Positions 61,814 through 64,000 of a stretch of DNA of 64,000 bases are shown here, piece after piece. The notes below the pieces were generated by a model. The model searched no databases, was not told the DNA's origin, and was given only the letters and a program-made list of their open reading frames with translations. The DNA lies in NCBI GenBank assembly GCA_963792405.1, contig CAWBVU010000005.1, positions 198,628-262,627 of the forward strand, in the 5' to 3' direction. Each line of letters starts with the position of its first letter. Position 1 is the first letter of the stretch. The position numbers were made by a program, and so were the translations under genes. The stretch is from an uncultured Acidimicrobiia bacterium (GTDB taxonomy: Bacteria > Actinomycetota > Acidimicrobiia > Spongiisociales > UBA5794).

Positions 61814-62607
61814 CAGATCTGACCATCGACCAGGTGGTGGAACGCTGCCGCTCGTACTGGCTCGAGTCAGGTGTGTCGACCGCGGCTGCCGAGGAGATGG
61901 CCACGGAGCTCCGCACGCATCTGACGGAGGCGTCCGCCGCAGGCAAGGACATCGAGACCGTCACCGGACCCGACATCAAGGAATTCGCAGACGAATGGGC
62001 CTCCGCCTTCCTCGGGCCCCAGGTGCCGATGAGTCCCGAACCCACCCTGGCGCCATCGCTTCCGAGGACCGCCAACCGGGCACCCGGCTGGGCGCTGTGG
62101 GCCGGCCTCCTCGTGATGGTCGCACTCGTCGTGCTCGTCGCGGTGCTCGCCCCGAAGAACGATGCCGACGACCAGGCGACCTGGATCGCGATCTGGTTGA
62201 TCGCCGCAGGGCTCCTCGCCGTGGGTGAGATGGTCACCGCGGGCTTCTTCCTCCTGCCGTTCGCCGGCGGGGCCGCGGCGGCAGGCATCCTCGCCCTCGC
62301 CAACGTCGCCATCCCCTTCCAGATCACGGTCTTCGTCGTCGTGTCGATCGCCTCGCTGTGGCTCCTCCAGATCTTCGCCCGCAAGGACGTCCACGGTGAA
62401 CTCCTTCCGGTCGGCGCATCCCGGTACACCGGATCGCACGCCCTCGTCACGCAGCCCGTGAGCAGGCTCGCCGGAACGGGTCGGGTGATGATGGGCACCG
62501 AGGACTGGCGGGCAACCACCGACGGCGCCGACATCGACGCCGGAACCGAGGTCCTCGTGGTGGAGGTACGGGGCTCGCGACTCGTCGTCATCCCCGTCGA
62601 CAAGTAG
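61810..62607 (+). CDS. PadR-partner-like N-terminal domain fused to an NfeD-like membrane/OB-fold domain
   Basis: Soluble N-terminal domain, 3 TM helices, and a C-terminal beta-rich region (GTGRVMMGTEDWRA...VLVVEVRGSRLVV) typical of NfeD. Start overlaps the padR stop. Confidence 0.55.
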   Translation: MTDLTIDQVVERCRSYWLESGVSTAAAEEMATELRTHLTEASAAGKDIETVTGPDIKEFADEWASAFLGPQVPMSPEPTLAPSLPRTANRAPGWALWAGLLVMVALVVLVAVLAPKNDADDQATWIAIWLIAAGLLAVGEMVTAGFFLLPFAGGAAAAGILALANVAIPFQITVFVVVSIASLWLLQIFARKDVHGELLPVGASRYTGSHALVTQPVSRLAGTGRVMMGTEDWRATTDGADIDAGTEVLVVEVRGSRLVVIPVDK

Positions 62608-62640
62608 CCGACAACGACCCTCACAGGGAAAGGAACACAC

Positions 62641-63615
62641 ATGCAAGCCGCAGGCGGGATCGTCCTGGTCCTGATCGTCGTCCTCATCATCTATGTGGCG
62701 CTCGCGATCAAGATCGTCCAGCAGTACGAGCAGGGGCTGGTCGAGCGGTTCGGCCGATACCGCAAGACCCTCGACCCGGGCTTCCACATGATCGTGCCCT
62801 TCATCGAGAAGGTACGGAAGGTCGACATGCGTGAGCAGGTCGTCGACGTCCCGCCGCAGGAAGTCATCACAAAGGACAACGTGGTGGTGACCGTCGACGC
62901 GGTCGTCTACTACCAGGCGACCGACCCCGTGAAGCTGGCCTACAACGTCGCGAACTTCATCGTCGCCGCCACCAAGCTCGCCCAGACCAACCTGAGGAAC
63001 GTCGTCGGCGACATGGACCTCGACGAGGCACTCACCTCGAGGGAGAAGATCAACACCGAGCTCCGCGTGATCCTCGACGAGGCGACCGACGTCTGGGGCA
63101 CGAGGGTCGTGCGTGTCGAGATCCAGCGGATCGACCCGCCCGCCGACGTGACCGACGCCATGCACCGCCAGATGAAGGCCGAGCGAGACCGCCGTGCCCT
63201 CGTCACCGAGGCCGAGGGCGAGAAGCGCTCCGCGATCCTCAGGGCCGAGGGTGTCAAGCAGTCCCGCATCCTCGACGCCGAGGGCCAGGCCCAGGCGATC
63301 AAGGAGATCGCGGACGCAGACCGATACCAGAAGGAGACGGTCGCAGAGGGCGAGGGCCGTGCGATCGAGCGCGTGTTCGGCGCGATCCACAACGGCGATC
63401 CCACGCCGGACCTCATCGCCATCAGGTACCTCGAGGCGCTCCAGGGCATCGCCGACGGCAGGGCATCGAAGATCTACCTGCCGCTCGAGACGGCAGGCGT
63501 GTTGTCGAGCATTGGCGCGATCGGGGAGCTGTTCGCCGACACCCAGCGCGACAGGGAGACCTCGGGCGACCCCGAGGGTCCTGCGATGCCGAAGGGCCTG
63601 TCACCCGACATGTGA
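62641..63615 (+). CDS. SPFH/band-7 (stomatin-like) protein
   Basis: N-terminal TM, then IVQQYEQGLVERFGRY...VDMREQ band-7 core and a C-terminal coiled coil. Confidence 0.85.
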   Translation: MQAAGGIVLVLIVVLIIYVALAIKIVQQYEQGLVERFGRYRKTLDPGFHMIVPFIEKVRKVDMREQVVDVPPQEVITKDNVVVTVDAVVYYQATDPVKLAYNVANFIVAATKLAQTNLRNVVGDMDLDEALTSREKINTELRVILDEATDVWGTRVVRVEIQRIDPPADVTDAMHRQMKAERDRRALVTEAEGEKRSAILRAEGVKQSRILDAEGQAQAIKEIADADRYQKETVAEGEGRAIERVFGAIHNGDPTPDLIAIRYLEALQGIADGRASKIYLPLETAGVLSSIGAIGELFADTQRDRETSGDPEGPAMPKGLSPDM

Positions 63616-63698
63616 ACGACGTCATCGACGAGGCAATCACGGAGGGGAGCGGCGTGCCGCTCCCCTCCTGCGTTCCCCACCTGCCGACCGTCCCAACC

Positions 63699-64000
63699 TG
63701 TGGGAGCGTCAGGCGGCGATGCCCTCGCGCACCTGTCGCTTGATGCGAGCGAGGATGGCACCCATACCGCGTAGCCGCAGCGGGGTGACCACCTCCTCGA
63801 GTCCCATGTCGTAGAAGAAGTCGTCGGGCACATCGAGGATGACCTCGGCCTTCTCACCGTCGAGGCCATCGAGGAGGATGCCCGCGAATCCCCTGACCGT
63901 CGGCGCCTCCCTCGGAGCGTCGAAGTACAGGTGTACGCGCTCGTCGTCGTCGATCTCGACCGCGAGGAAGAAGGGCGACTGGCACTCGTGGACCTGCTCG
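63699..64000 (-). CDS. SufE-like Fe-S assembly protein; N-terminal part lies outside the window
   Basis: C-terminal 100 aa include the HECQSP conserved-Cys motif; the frame is open to the window edge. Confidence 0.5.

Overview
High-GC (about 70%) Actinomycetota-type chromosomal segment, mostly housekeeping genes. Left to right: a cell-envelope cluster (Wzz/BY-kinase-like ATPase fused to an LCP domain, flanked by two paralogous Thr-rich membrane proteins); thioredoxin-like lipoprotein and TauE exporter; fadD; a candidate tRNA-Sec (selC, anticodon TCA); ferredoxin; a Liv-type branched-chain amino-acid ABC transporter (livHMGF, with a convergent anchored binding protein); hflX; phoH2; gpsA; tag; chorismate mutase; siderophore-interacting protein; ctaB and ctaA (heme O and heme A synthases); hydrolases and 3-hydroxyacyl-CoA dehydrogenase; selD carrying an in-frame UGA (Sec) codon that the ORF track truncated; mgtE; nadE; ybdK; tyrA; a sugar epimerase and an acyltransferase; a 430-bp intergenic array of hairpin-forming repeats; an XRE regulator with an HbhA-like Lys/Ala-tailed protein; clpS with a DUF2017 gene; DivIVA; the dnaK-grpE-dnaJ-hspR operon with an upstream HAIR-like operator; a fused E1 alpha-beta dehydrogenase with a hisC-like aminotransferase; clpB with a near-consensus HAIR; a glycosyltransferase and an acetyltransferase; a tandem F420-type nitroreductase pair, one copy frameshifted; and a PadR / NfeD-like / SPFH operon. 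The most notable points are the selenium-utilisation signature (selC plus Sec-containing selD), the unexplained hairpin repeat array, and the unusual BY-kinase-LCP fusion cluster. Many long ORFs in the six-frame track are alternate-frame artefacts of the GC-rich DNA and were rejected.
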